Shown here: positions 1 through 11,800 of the stretch, piece by piece
Position numbering within the stretch: position 1 is the stretch's first letter
How the letters are laid out: every line of letters begins with the position of its first letter
Origin: a virus
IMG/VR virus record: IMGVR_UViG_3300011115_000949
Span: 35,849-99,848 of that record
DNA length: 64,000 bases
Strand: one strand, 5' to 3'
The notes under the pieces: model-generated
The model's input: the letters and a program-made list of their open reading frames with translations, nothing else
Told to the model about the DNA's origin: nothing
The model's database searches: none
Position numbers and translations under genes: made by a program

Positions 1-1038
1 TTGAGGATTGATATCTTTTATATCTGTAGTGAATTTATGGCCCGAAATTGGACATTCTATAAATCTATCGTTTGTGAACTTCGCCCACAACTCATTTACA
101 TAAGATTCAATTAATTCAAAAAATTCAATGTATTTGTATTCATTGTATATACCTCCATACAACTGTTTAAACATTAATGTTTTAGCTTCTATTAAAGGAA
201 TATCTGCTTCACGAGCAAAGTATTGATACGGTGTTTCGTTTTTAAAATCGTATCCAATTAGCTGAGCTGCTAATGTTGGGTGGTAAGCACTTACATCCAG
301 TTCAATAAACTGTCCGTTTTTAGGCACAAATGCTGCTCTACATCCATTATCTTTAGTTAGCGCAGCAAAATTAATCCCATTAAAACTATTGGATGGTCTT
401 CCAGTTGTGGTGTAGAGGTTATACTGAGTGTAAATCTTACTATTTTGTATAGAATATTGTTCATGGTTCAATTCGAAATATTTGTTAAAAATGCTCTCAT
501 TTAATTTAATGCCGTTTTTCTCAATGCCTAGGAAAACGTTAGTTAAACGGTTATAATACTTGATATTCGCGGGTTTAATACAGTATTGTTTAATTTGGTT
601 GTATATAAGTTCACAACGTTCATAATGTTTAACTAATGGTATGACTGTGTTGAGGTCTAATTGATCTCCAAATCGTTGATAAAAGAATTCATGTGTTGGG
701 GTTGTTGGTTCAGGTAGTTCAGGAGATAAAAATGATACATCAATTATGTTTTTTAGTTGAAACGAATATAAAAACGATTTTCTATCTCTAACATATAATT
801 CTTCAAATGAATTAAGTAATGAATTTACTGCTGTTTTATTAAGTGATAGTGCTTCGTTATGTTTAAGGCATAAAACATAACCTTTGTTATCGTCTGTGGG
901 TTTAACATACAATAATGATAACTCATTTATTGCTGGGTGGGCATAGTCGTTGTAGTATATTGGTTCAACAAAAGCACGACTGTATCCGGTGTGGATAAAT
1001 TCATTTAATTGTTCTGTTGTTTCAACAATATAAAACAT
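1..1038 (-). CDS. Family A DNA polymerase-like protein (runs off the left edge; missing from the ORF track)
   Basis: Manual translation from ATG at 1038 (MFYIVETTEQL...) is open to position 1. It contains YTTTGRPSNSFNGINF, motif A-like IELDVSAYHPTL and motif B-like EAKTLMFKQLYG. Confidence 0.8.
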   Translation of the reverse strand, partial: MFYIVETTEQLNEFIHTGYSRAFVEPIYYNDYAHPAINELSLLYVKPTDDNKGYVLCLKHNEALSLNKTAVNSLLNSFEELYVRDRKSFLYSFQLKNIIDVSFLSPELPEPTTPTHEFFYQRFGDQLDLNTVIPLVKHYERCELIYNQIKQYCIKPANIKYYNRLTNVFLGIEKNGIKLNESIFNKYFELNHEQYSIQNSKIYTQYNLYTTTGRPSNSFNGINFAALTKDNGCRAAFVPKNGQFIELDVSAYHPTLAAQLIGYDFKNETPYQYFAREADIPLIEAKTLMFKQLYGGIYNEYKYIEFFELIESYVNELWAKFTNDRFIECPISGHKFTTDIKDINPQ

Positions 1039-1049
1039 AACCTTTTACC

Positions 1050-1080
1050 TGAATGTAATAACCTTAGTTAGGTTTCCAAA
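1050..1080 (-). promoter_or_regulatory. Bacteroidota-type promoter candidate for the polymerase gene
   Basis: Sense strand TTTG-N19-TACATTCA, compared with the Bacteroidota consensus TTTG-N19..21-TAnnTTTG. Confidence 0.5.
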
Positions 1081-1756
1081 ATCTAAGATAATTTTCGTTA
1101 AGAAATTTATTTAAAAAAGGTAATTTAAAAGTATCCATCATGTGTTTTGTTACATTTTTATTTATTTTAAATACTTCTTTTTCTTCTCCAGATATTATCC
1201 ATTGGTATTTAATAGGAATAAATAATTCCCAAACATAAGAAGGATCTTTTTGGCTTAAACCATTATATGTATCTTTATTTATTTCTATATAATTAATTTC
1301 ATTTGTTTTTTTACAAAAATATCTTGTAAATTCTCCTAATTTATAATCATCTGGGGTAGGTTTAGGGTTATAACTTGCAGGATATTTTTGTTTGGGTGGA
1401 TTACTAATGTCAATATTTTTTAGTTGAAGATAATTAGATATTACTTTAACATCTGATATATTATAATGGCCAAATGCTTCTCTATCTAAAGGGTTAGAAG
1501 CAATCGCTTCTACATCTGTTGGATAGTATGCTATTTCTACTTCATTTAAAGGAATACCATTGATAGGTGAGGATTGCTTATTAAATTTTATTAATTCTAC
1601 ACTAGTAGCATCTTGGGGTCCTTCCCCTGTAAAAAATTTACCGTCTGATGTACTCCAATACTTACCAGCATACTGGTTTCCTGTTGATTTTATAATAAAT
1701 TCTTGATCATTTATTGTAAACAGATTTATTTTTATTTGAGATAATGGATAATACAT
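1064..1756 (-). CDS. Hypothetical protein, end of baseplate operon
   Basis: 230-aa ORF coupled to the upstream baseplate hub gene; no motif recognised. Confidence 0.6.
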   Translation of the reverse strand: MYYPLSQIKINLFTINDQEFIIKSTGNQYAGKYWSTSDGKFFTGEGPQDATSVELIKFNKQSSPINGIPLNEVEIAYYPTDVEAIASNPLDREAFGHYNISDVKVISNYLQLKNIDISNPPKQKYPASYNPKPTPDDYKLGEFTRYFCKKTNEINYIEINKDTYNGLSQKDPSYVWELFIPIKYQWIISGEEKEVFKINKNVTKHMMDTFKLPFLNKFLNENYLRFWKPN

Positions 1757-1758
1757 AT

Positions 1759-4700
1759 TTATTTTCTACCAACTCTTATTAATAATTTTACTAATTCTAA
1801 TGTAGGCATAGAATCATTTTTAATATTTGCCCAACATCTATGAGTTATTATACTAAGATTTTTTTCGTAATTTGGTTGTATAGGGAATACTCGTCTAAAA
1901 GTATTTTCTCCTTCCCATACAAAAGGTTTCATTCCATGTTTTTGAAACATTTCATGTATCCATGCTTCTAAAGCTTTAATTTGAGCAGGACTATATTCTT
2001 GAGCATAACCGGTTTCTCTACCCGCTGAGTCTTTACAATATGTTGAATTTTTGTAGTCTTTTCTATCACAAAGAGGCTTTAAATTCCAATCTGTCATAGC
2101 ACTAATCCCATCTCCTAATGATACCATTCTGTTATTCCACCCTTTATTCATAAAATATTTTTTGGGCCCCTCAGCATCTTCTATATATTGACCTATTCCA
2201 TAACTATAATGTTTAAAAACTCCTTTAACATTATCTCTTCTCAAAGCCCCAACATTATCAATTTCAATTCCTATTCCAAATGCGTTTGCATCTCCTCCTG
2301 TAGTATTATATGAGGCTTTATCATTTGGCATTCTAAGTATTTCTCCTAACCCATTTAAAACATATGGTGCGCCAGGAGCCCATCTAAAATTAGGTTTTCC
2401 ATTTATTGGAGTTCCGTTTACAGCACACCACCCCCACCATCCCACTCCACCAAATTCACCAGAATATTGGGGAGAGTATTTAGCCCAACCTGCAGTATGA
2501 TGAATTACTACTGAAGTTTTTTTATATTCTGAGGTGGTAAAAGATTTATTAGGTTGACAAATATCATAATTTGTTGCTTTTAACCAGCGTATGGGGGTAC
2601 CTTGCGTATCTATTTCTGTAAACCCAGGAGATCTTTTAAGATATGATTTACAATCAGTATTATTAACATATGTGTTTGCAGTATTAGTAGTGTTTCTACC
2701 TTGTGGTCTACTTTCTGCTGTGTTTGTTGATGGTGAAGGAGCTGTTTGAGTTGGAGTTGGGATACCAGTCGCAGTCACATTCCCCCTACCAACATCAGAT
2801 GTAACATCTGTAGCTTCAATTTTTGGAACAGATACAGTTTCTATTGTAGTGTTCCATGTGTTATTTTCTATTTTATGAGTTACTCCTTTAATAATAAAAT
2901 CTAAAACATCAGGATAATTTGATGGTAAAAATGAAGCATCTATTTTTAATTTTTGATATATTTTTACACCCGCTAATCCATCCATAGTTACAGATACATT
3001 TAATGGAAAAAATCCTTTACTACTAGTAGGGTTAACAGGTTTTTTCTTATTTTGTATTTCTTTTTGCAAGGTTTCATATTGTATAACTAATTGCAAATAT
3101 TTTGAATACATCTCAGATGAAGAATCTCCTTCATTTAAATTATAATTATCAAAACTATCTTTCCACTTTACTTCTTCACTAAACCATTTAAAAAATCTAT
3201 TTATTAAAGGTTCATTTTCTTTAAATAATGTATCTAAATCTTGTGGTTTGGGAGGAAAATCATTACTGTTTGTTTCAGTTGGATATTGTAGTTTTTCTTT
3301 AATTATAGGTTCTAAACCTTCATTCCATTTAGAAAATGCTGTAGCATCTTCTCCTACTATTGATCCATTTGCTGTTGCTCCTATAGTAATTAATGATGCT
3401 AATTGATTAGATATTTCTGTTTTTATAGATATATCTTTTATGAATCCAGCTTGAGTACCATTATCGTAATACCCCTGAACTAATAATGCTGGGGAATTAT
3501 CATACTTATTTTCTTCATCAGGGTATACTCCTTTAGGAAGAGGAGTTTCATCTACAAATTGTAATTCATTAGTATTTTCAATTATATTAACACTTAAAGT
3601 GTTTATTCCTCCTAAAGCTGAGTTTATACTATCTAGTATAGTTTGAATTAAATCAATTAATGTTAATTCATTTTTTTCATTTTTTAATTCACTCATTTTT
3701 TTTAAAACAAACCCCATATTTACATAAACATTATTTAAATTTCCTATAAGAGTTTTATTATCTTGAGCAAGATATTTAAATGAAGTTGTTGAATCATTAA
3801 GAAAAGGATAAATTTCAAGAGGTGCTTTATCTGGGTTAAGTTTATTATCAAAAAATGGATGTGGAGCTATATTAAATCCTCCTACTAGGCATATTCTTAA
3901 ATCTCCTGATAATTGAGAATTATGAGTATACATAGGGATTGGTTCGTCTAAATCTATTTTATTATCTTTATTAAATTTTACAATTTTTAAAACTGGTTCT
4001 CTAGTTTTTGAATCTATTGGGACTATGTTTTGGAGTAAAAATCTTAGCCACCCAAATTTAACGTAATATACTTGAGTTTGATCGGTTGAAAGGCTTAAAT
4101 AACGCCCGGCTTTATTAAGTCTAAACCCATTATCTGTAATAAGACCTACAATTGTTGCATATATAGTTTTTGTAAGTTGAAATCCATCTCCGTCATATCG
4201 ACTTGAATTTGCTAAAAAATCAACGTTACCATCTAATTCTTGATAGTATTTAAAAAATTCATTCCCAATATAGTGACTATATCTATGTGCTGTTATCCAT
4301 TCCCAATCATTATTTAATTCTTCTTCAGTAGATTTTGAAGTATCCTCAGTTGGATTTTCTTTTGTTCCAACTTTTACATTTGCTTTAAGAGATTCTACGA
4401 CAGCTCCTATGCTTATTAATTTTAAATCAACATCATATGATCCATCTTTATTGTATGAAAAACTAAAGTTTTGAACTCTACCATACATTCCATCATAATT
4501 ACCTCCAGATTCTTCTCTTTTTTTTTCTAATGCTTTTAATACATCATTATCTTTTTGATATGCTCTTTTTGAAAATTCTGAAGATATACTATAGTTAGGG
4601 TTTGCATTAACATTTCCAGATGAATCAATTACAATTGAATGTCCCCATTCAAGTAGCATAGGGAACCCTAATCTTAAATAAAGTATATCAATAATTTCTA

Positions 4701-5172
4701 ATTGTTTTCTATTCCATACTTTAATATTTACACTACCATCTCTAATAGCACCTCTATTTCTAAATTTAGTTTCAGCAGAAGTAATACCGGGCATTGGTCT
4801 ATATCCTTGTTCTAGTCCTCCTAATCCATATGCGTTTGTATTTAAAACACTGTCCCCTGTTGATAATCCTTCAAACATTTTTTTACCGTAAGTAGCAGAG
4901 TCTTGATACGTTCCTCCAAATAATACAAAACGAGAATTTAACCCATCTGCCCCTGTTAAACCGGGACCCGATATTCCTAATTTATTTAATCGTTTTTGAC
5001 CTTCTGAATTTACTATTACTCCAGAAGTAAGTTTAACCCAACCTGTTTTAGAATTTAAATAATTTAGTTGACTTTGAGTTCTATTAAACGAACCGTGAAG
5101 TTTTTGTCGGGCGGTTATTTGATTATATACATAATCATCAAATGGTTCTCCGACTATATTTCCTTGTGCCAT
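1759..5172 (-). CDS. Baseplate hub-like protein with C-terminal N-acetylmuramoyl-L-alanine amidase (Amidase_2-like) domain
   Basis: Follows tape measure, tube initiator and LysM genes. A P/T-rich linker precedes VVIHHTAGW, IGIEIDNVG, YSPAQIKAL and IITHR..KND. Confidence 0.7.
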   Translation of the reverse strand: MAQGNIVGEPFDDYVYNQITARQKLHGSFNRTQSQLNYLNSKTGWVKLTSGVIVNSEGQKRLNKLGISGPGLTGADGLNSRFVLFGGTYQDSATYGKKMFEGLSTGDSVLNTNAYGLGGLEQGYRPMPGITSAETKFRNRGAIRDGSVNIKVWNRKQLEIIDILYLRLGFPMLLEWGHSIVIDSSGNVNANPNYSISSEFSKRAYQKDNDVLKALEKKREESGGNYDGMYGRVQNFSFSYNKDGSYDVDLKLISIGAVVESLKANVKVGTKENPTEDTSKSTEEELNNDWEWITAHRYSHYIGNEFFKYYQELDGNVDFLANSSRYDGDGFQLTKTIYATIVGLITDNGFRLNKAGRYLSLSTDQTQVYYVKFGWLRFLLQNIVPIDSKTREPVLKIVKFNKDNKIDLDEPIPMYTHNSQLSGDLRICLVGGFNIAPHPFFDNKLNPDKAPLEIYPFLNDSTTSFKYLAQDNKTLIGNLNNVYVNMGFVLKKMSELKNEKNELTLIDLIQTILDSINSALGGINTLSVNIIENTNELQFVDETPLPKGVYPDEENKYDNSPALLVQGYYDNGTQAGFIKDISIKTEISNQLASLITIGATANGSIVGEDATAFSKWNEGLEPIIKEKLQYPTETNSNDFPPKPQDLDTLFKENEPLINRFFKWFSEEVKWKDSFDNYNLNEGDSSSEMYSKYLQLVIQYETLQKEIQNKKKPVNPTSSKGFFPLNVSVTMDGLAGVKIYQKLKIDASFLPSNYPDVLDFIIKGVTHKIENNTWNTTIETVSVPKIEATDVTSDVGRGNVTATGIPTPTQTAPSPSTNTAESRPQGRNTTNTANTYVNNTDCKSYLKRSPGFTEIDTQGTPIRWLKATNYDICQPNKSFTTSEYKKTSVVIHHTAGWAKYSPQYSGEFGGVGWWGWCAVNGTPINGKPNFRWAPGAPYVLNGLGEILRMPNDKASYNTTGGDANAFGIGIEIDNVGALRRDNVKGVFKHYSYGIGQYIEDAEGPKKYFMNKGWNNRMVSLGDGISAMTDWNLKPLCDRKDYKNSTYCKDSAGRETGYAQEYSPAQIKALEAWIHEMFQKHGMKPFVWEGENTFRRVFPIQPNYEKNLSIITHRCWANIKNDSMPTLELVKLLIRVGRK

Positions 5173-5177
5173 AACAT

Positions 5178-5474
5178 TTATGAATTTAATTTATTAAAAT
5201 TACTTACTATAATATTAGCATTATCAGGTATTCTAATTTGTATTCCTTCTGGTATTACTAATGAATTTTGGGGCAAAAAATTATTTGCTGTAGATATAAT
5301 CCACCACAATGATTGATCTTGATAATATTGGTTTGCTAAAATATCAAATCTATCTCCTTGAACTGTTGTAACATAAATATCATTCTCATTTAATGGAATT
5401 TCAGGATATTTAACTGTCCTATAAACAGGTTTATTATTTATTTTTATTGTTGGTATGTTTAAATAACGGTTCAC
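5178..5474 (-). CDS. LysM/tail-X type baseplate wedge protein
   Basis: YVTTVQGDRFDILANQYYQDQSLWWIISTAN...GIQIRIP is the typical LysM-like pattern; synteny agrees. Confidence 0.8.
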   Translation of the reverse strand: MNRYLNIPTIKINNKPVYRTVKYPEIPLNENDIYVTTVQGDRFDILANQYYQDQSLWWIISTANNFLPQNSLVIPEGIQIRIPDNANIIVSNFNKLNS

Positions 5475-5481
5475 AATTTAA

Positions 5482-8400
5482 TTATTTTTTAGCTTTAATT
5501 TTAAATAATTCTTCTTTTTTAGGAATAATTGGAGTAACTCCAGGAATGCCTGTAAATGATTTTTGTGGGCCAAATTTATTATTTATTGCATTAAGTTCGG
5601 CTGTAGAAAGAGTTTTAGCATACGGACTTGATATATATGTTGTGCCTGTAGTTTTGTCTGTAACAATAACATTTGATCTATCTGATTGTAGAGGTTTTGG
5701 TAAAAAATCTTTATTATTTATTCCTTTAGGAACAGGTGTATCTTTAGGAGGAACAGGTGTGTCTCTATCACCTCCATTGTTAGTTTCTATTGGAGGCCTT
5801 GGTGGTAGAGGTGGGTATGTGGGATCAATAACTTTAATTGTTGGTTTAATTGTTATTGGGTCGGGTGTTGAAGATTTAATTTTAATTGGGTCTATTTTTT
5901 CAAGTTTAGATTCTTCAGTTTGTACAATTGGATCACCACATGCTTCTGATGTTTGATCTTCTCCTTTAAAATTATCATATCCACTATATGCCCCATCTGT
6001 AAGACTAATAAATGGTGTGTTTTTTAAATTATTCCATTGAGCTTTTCTAGGAACAAAATCATGAATTGGGGTAAAGCTAAATCCTGTAACTTTTATAATG
6101 TGGGCTAATTCTTTAACTGATTTATCTTTGTCTCCTTTTGCATCAATTCCTATCTCCCAAGGAGTATTTTCATCCATTTCAAATGATAATCCAGTTATAA
6201 ATCCAACTTGTTCATAAAAATATCCACCAATTGTTAGTGAAACTAAAGGACCTCGCATATAACCGTATCCACTATAATCCGGGGCTAAATTTGAAGCTAA
6301 ATAATTTAGTTTTCTATACATTACCATTAATTCTTTTTTAGATTGAGCGGCTACTGTAAACGATAATGAAACTTTTCTATCAAATCCCTTATAAGTATAA
6401 AAATTTTCACCTCTTCCCACATACTGCATAGAATCCCAATTTCCAGTGTAATTATCTGTTATACTTCCTAAAAATGCTCTAAAATGCATATATACTTTAT
6501 TACTACTTCCTCCACTATCAATAGCCGCTATTCTAAATTGAATTAAATCATTTGTAGGTTTATTTATATCGTCAGGACCACTACTGTTATATAATTCTAA
6601 AGCATTTATTTTATCATAAGAAGTAGAAGAAGCAGCTCCAGAACCATTATAACCATAACTATAATTTTTTATATTTCTATCTGATGGATAAAATCCTGGG
6701 TCTCCTAAATTTACTCTCTTTTCAAGATAATATTCATCATAATCTGGGGAAGTTGAAAGTACGTTAAAAGCCGTTTTCTTTTGAATTGGATCATCTAATA
6801 ATTTAGCTCTTGCTCTTATTTTACATCTAAAATCAAAAGGACGTACTCCATTATATTTAGTAATAGGATTAAATTTTTCAAGTGAAAGTGTAGTTGTTTC
6901 ATTTAAATCTTCTTGATACCAAGTATAAGCATTTCCTACTACAGCTATTGAATCTCCTCCAACCCCTACTTCAAGTACTGTTCCCCATTTACTGCCAAAA
7001 GAATAAACCTTTGGTTGTTCATTTCCTTGATAATAATTGTTATAAGATGTACTAAACAATGATGCTTTCCAGTTTACGTCTTTAATAGCGTTCATCATGT
7101 CTTCTACATCTAAATTTTTATTAGAGCCAAAGTAAGCAGCATATGTAGTTGTTAAATTAATAGGTAATACGCGGGATGGGTATACATTTCCTGTTATTTC
7201 ATTATTTCTATGAAATACACCAGACTCTAATTTTATTTTATTAAATGTTTGTGATATAGCATTACCATTATCATCAAAAGAAGTAATTAATACACGAGGG
7301 TCAATATCATTAGAAGGTTGATGAAGTGGAGGTTGTTCTGGCAAAGTGTCACCATCATCTATTACTCCTCTAAATAATAATCCTGTTCTACTTAAAAAAG
7401 TTTTTTTAGGATTTTTTCTAAATGAAGGAAGAAATCCTTCAGCCGGAGATCCGTTTTCATTTCTATAAACACTAGGGTTAAATTTGAATATAGTAGAAGA
7501 GTCTCCAGATAAATTATATCCATCTTCACCTTCAGGAAATAATAAATTAGGATTACTGTCGTCAGATATTATTTTTGAATAAACACTACTTAATGTATTT
7601 CCATTTAATATTCTTCCACCTTCAAGAAATACAGATGGACGAGTAAAGGTACTAAAATCTCCTACTCCTGATTCTTTAAAACCAGCATAATATAAAGGTA
7701 AACTAGGGTTATTAATTCCTGTTCTTAATGGAGCCGCTCCAAAACTGTCAGTAGCAAATTTAATTCGAGTTTGACCTATTCCTAAAATAGACCCAGGACC
7801 ACCAGTATATGTAATAATATCTGGGGCCATTGATGTATTGTACTGTTTAAAATACCAAAGATTAAGTAGTCTATTTGTAAATTTGCCTGGTACTTGAACA
7901 GTTGTTGGGGGTAAATACTGGGGTATTCCTTGCTCTTCTGGGGTTTGAGGAGGGTTAAAATTTATTGGATCATTTGTTACATCAAGTCCTTCTACTTTTC
8001 TAGTATATGTTTCTAAATTATAATTATCTACAGATTGCTGAGCACTTAAATATGCAGGATTTACTTCTGGATAATTTACATATGAGTTAGGGAATTTATT
8101 GTTGTTATTAAAATTTAAAGGGGAGTTATATGTCCCCATTACTTCTTGATATGTCTTTATAGAACCTCTTAAACCAGGAATTGGGTTTAATCCCTGTTTA
8201 TTAAAATGAAAACCAAATGCATTAACACCTGCTTGAGCTAATGTAGATAGAGGTGTATAAACGCCTTCATTTAATATTTTACCACTAGCTTCTGTTCTTG
8301 GGGCTAATCTAGAAAGTAAATTTTGTTTTAATGTAAATGCTATTCCATTAAAAGACTTTACATCAGCAAAATACTTACCTAACCTAATTACATCTGTTAC

Positions 8401-8601
8401 AGATGATATAGGAGCACCTACTACTCCACCACGTAGTAAAAAATCATTGCTTAAAAAATTTAAAGCTGGGGGTAAATTAACATTAAAGGGTTTTTTAATA
8501 TAAGGTTGATTACTAGAACTTCCCCCTTCCCTGTCGTGTCCGTATTTTAAACTTTTTAAGCCGGTATCAGGTAATATATCTCCTAATGATATAAAAGCCA
8601 T
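5482..8601 (-). CDS. Large baseplate / tail-tube initiator-like protein
   Basis: FRAFLGSITDNYTGNWDSMQYVGRGENFYTYKGFDRKVSLSF resembles tube-initiator domains; lies between the tape measure and LysM genes. Confidence 0.55.
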   Translation of the reverse strand: MAFISLGDILPDTGLKSLKYGHDREGGSSSNQPYIKKPFNVNLPPALNFLSNDFLLRGGVVGAPISSVTDVIRLGKYFADVKSFNGIAFTLKQNLLSRLAPRTEASGKILNEGVYTPLSTLAQAGVNAFGFHFNKQGLNPIPGLRGSIKTYQEVMGTYNSPLNFNNNNKFPNSYVNYPEVNPAYLSAQQSVDNYNLETYTRKVEGLDVTNDPINFNPPQTPEEQGIPQYLPPTTVQVPGKFTNRLLNLWYFKQYNTSMAPDIITYTGGPGSILGIGQTRIKFATDSFGAAPLRTGINNPSLPLYYAGFKESGVGDFSTFTRPSVFLEGGRILNGNTLSSVYSKIISDDSNPNLLFPEGEDGYNLSGDSSTIFKFNPSVYRNENGSPAEGFLPSFRKNPKKTFLSRTGLLFRGVIDDGDTLPEQPPLHQPSNDIDPRVLITSFDDNGNAISQTFNKIKLESGVFHRNNEITGNVYPSRVLPINLTTTYAAYFGSNKNLDVEDMMNAIKDVNWKASLFSTSYNNYYQGNEQPKVYSFGSKWGTVLEVGVGGDSIAVVGNAYTWYQEDLNETTTLSLEKFNPITKYNGVRPFDFRCKIRARAKLLDDPIQKKTAFNVLSTSPDYDEYYLEKRVNLGDPGFYPSDRNIKNYSYGYNGSGAASSTSYDKINALELYNSSGPDDINKPTNDLIQFRIAAIDSGGSSNKVYMHFRAFLGSITDNYTGNWDSMQYVGRGENFYTYKGFDRKVSLSFTVAAQSKKELMVMYRKLNYLASNLAPDYSGYGYMRGPLVSLTIGGYFYEQVGFITGLSFEMDENTPWEIGIDAKGDKDKSVKELAHIIKVTGFSFTPIHDFVPRKAQWNNLKNTPFISLTDGAYSGYDNFKGEDQTSEACGDPIVQTEESKLEKIDPIKIKSSTPDPITIKPTIKVIDPTYPPLPPRPPIETNNGGDRDTPVPPKDTPVPKGINNKDFLPKPLQSDRSNVIVTDKTTGTTYISSPYAKTLSTAELNAINNKFGPQKSFTGIPGVTPIIPKKEELFKIKAKK

Positions 8602-8855
8602 TATTGTGGCAAGTTATTAATATACTGTGTTGGAGTTAAACCATTCAAATCTAACTGTGATGGAGCAGGTAAAATATTAGCAGCTCCGTCAATATATTGC
8701 TGATATTGAGCGTTTACAGTTTGAGCATTAGCTCCATTAAGTGAATACTCTTGTAATTCAGATTGAGGAGTAGATAATGGATTTATTGCTACTGATCCAC
8801 CATTTGCTATAGATAGTGTAGATCCTTGAAGTGTTAGTTTGTTTAATAATCCCAT
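8601..8855 (-). CDS. Hypothetical virion protein
   Basis: 84-aa ORF preceded by the ATATTTATAA motif; its C-terminal YINNLPQ resembles YLDNV/YLSAI segments in 13443..13955. Confidence 0.55.
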   Translation of the reverse strand: MGLLNKLTLQGSTLSIANGGSVAINPLSTPQSELQEYSLNGANAQTVNAQYQQYIDGAANILPAPSQLDLNGLTPTQYINNLPQ

Positions 8856-8889
8856 AATATTATGTTTTTAATTGTTTGTTATAAATATA

Positions 8890-11800
8890 TTATAATTTAG
8901 AAGTATTTACCTTAGTACCAGTACCTATATCTGTAGCTTGGTTAGATACTGCTGTTACTACATTTTTAGCTAACACTTCTTTATTTAATTGAAGTGTGCT
9001 GTTTACTGTTAAAGGTGCGCCTTTAAGAGCGGTGGCCACTGCTGCTCCTATAGCATTGTAATCAATAGATATTGATGTTTTTTCGGTTTTAGATTTAATT
9101 GACCCGGCAGGTTTAATTTCCATAGCCTTTCCAGCCATTGATTTTACATCATCTCCTTTTTTAAAGGATATATCATTTGTTGTAGCTACAACATTATCAT
9201 TATTGTTTAATTCTATAGCACCTTCAGGTGCAAGTAAAGTACGTTTTCCATATCCTCCTCCACCTTGTGCTGGCGAGAATACGTCATTACCTTTAAATTT
9301 ATTATATAATGCCATACCTCCAGCAATTGCAGCTGCTGCTGCTCCAAACGCTAAAATAGGACCAATAATAGGAATACCTGCTACTGCACTTGCTGCTTTT
9401 AAAGCCCATTTACCTACATCTACTAACATTCCCGGAAGAGATTTTAATCTTGTTAATACAGATGCTTTTCCTACAGCCCCTTCAGCGGCTGCTGTTCTTA
9501 ATTTTGCAGATGCTCTAAATTGTTCTGTGGCTAGTGATATTTTATCTTTAACTGCTCCTAAAGCTTTTTGAGCATTTTCTTTTATAACATAACCTAATCC
9601 TTGTTTTTTAGCTAAGTTTTTTGCTTTTTCATTTACAATATAATCTTTTTGCAACATGTTATTAGCATATTGCGCTTTATTAGCTTGTTGATCTGTGATG
9701 AATCCTAATTTTTTAGATATATTAATTCTACCCTGAGTAGTAAATATAGAAAACATACTCTTAAGTATCTTGCCCATACCTTTACCTATACTTCCCGTTA
9801 ATAATTTCCATGTAACCATTAAACCAATTACTGGAGATAAAAAGTTAGATAATCTACCTAAAAGACTAGCTATCATTCCAACAGGTTTTAATATAAGCAT
9901 AAAAATGTCTAAAACTGGTAGTAAAGGTGTAACTAAAGAAACAAATACTTCTTTTAATTTTTCAATAGTTTGATTAAAACGCTCTTGAACACTTTGAGAA
10001 TTCATCATGTCTTTAAGTTGACCTTTTCTTACTTCTTCTTGAGCTTTTTCTAAACCAACAGCTTTAACTCTAGCTTCAAAAGCACGTTTAGCTGCTTCAG
10101 ATTGGTCTTTACCCATTGTTTTTAAAGCTTGTTCTTGAACTAAAGTAGCGGCTAATTCTTCTCTACTCATTCCAACTGATTTAGCTATAGCTTCTTGTTG
10201 AATACGGTTCATTTTAGAAAACTCATTTATATCACCATATTGTTTTCTAATTTCTTTTGCTAAAGTAACTTGATCATTATTTAATGCTGCTAAACGAGCT
10301 CTTTCTAAGTTTATATTTTTACCAGTTAATAATTCTGCTTCTAATTCAGCTCCTATTGAATCTTCAAATTGTAATAAATGACCTGCAACTTTGTCTAATT
10401 GCTCCATTGTCATACCTAATGCTTTAGCAGTAGCTACTGCTTCACCCAATTTATTAGGCATACCAGCATACGATGCAAGTGTAGCTTTAGATAATTTAGA
10501 TATATCATCTAAAACTTCTCGTTCATTTAACATTACCCCGAGTTGATTGCCAGTTATTTTAGCACTAGCCATCATAGTAGTTACATTTTTTTCTAAATTA
10601 CCACCTGTAGCAGATGTTAATACTTGTAATTTGGATAATGTTTCTTGAGATACTCCCGCTATGTCTCTAAATTTAGCCATCGCTACAGCATCTTTTTCAT
10701 TAAGTATAGCGTTTGTACCTAATTGTTTACCTATAGCTTGATAAGATTCCATTATGCCTTTAGTAGTAACACCTATTGTATTACTTTTATTAGCTATAAT
10801 GTTTGCTTGATTAGCTATGCCTGCTGCTGCAGAATAACTCATGTTCATGTTTTTAGCAAATTCTCCTGTTTTAGCATCTATCATTTTAAATGCATCTACA
10901 ATTCCTTTTACTAAAAACCCTATTATAAAAAGAGGATCTTTTAAATTTTTAACTAAATTACCACCTAAATCTTTTACATATGTATTTAATACTTGAGTTC
11001 TTTGATTAATTAAAGATTGATTTTTAAGTGCTTCTTGAGATTGTTTTATTTGTTCTTTATTAAGATCTAATGATTTCTTCTGAGCCCCTATTGCTTCGTT
11101 TAATTTTTTTAATTTATCTTCCTCTAATTTAAGTTGTTCTTTTTCTTGGGCATTTTGAGATTTTAAAAAATCTAATTTTAATTGTTGTCTTTTTAAGATA
11201 TCTCCACCTTTGCCTTCTCTAATATCTTCAACACTTAAATTTTTAGTATTTAAATCTTTTATTTCTTTTTCAAGTTGTAATTCTTTTTGAAGTTGTTTTT
11301 CAATATCAGGAAAACTAGCTTTAATTTTACTAATAGCTTGTTCTGAGTCTATTTGTTCTTTTAAATTTTTATTAATGTTTTCCTCTAGACTTAAATTTTG
11401 ATCTGTTAAATCTTTTACAATTTTTTCATTTTTAATTTTATTTTGTAACAATTCATCTGCTTTTTCTTGAGCAGCTTTTAATGCTTTATCTAAACCTAAA
11501 GTTTCTCCTAATCTTCCTAAACCTAAATTATTAAGTGTGGATTTAAGACCTTCAGCAGTTGCTCCAGTTAAACCCATTATTTTATCAAATTGTTTAGATT
11601 GGTTTACTGAGTTTTCTAGTGATTTGTTTAATTCTTTAAGAGATATATCTTGTTGAGTTAGTAGATTTTCTACTGTGCTGTATTTACTTGATAATCTATC
11701 AGTGCCAACTATTTGTTTTTCTAATTGTGCATTTATTTCTTTTAATGCATCTTTAGCTTGTTGGTTATTAGCATTAGATTTTAATTGTTGTTGTAAATTT

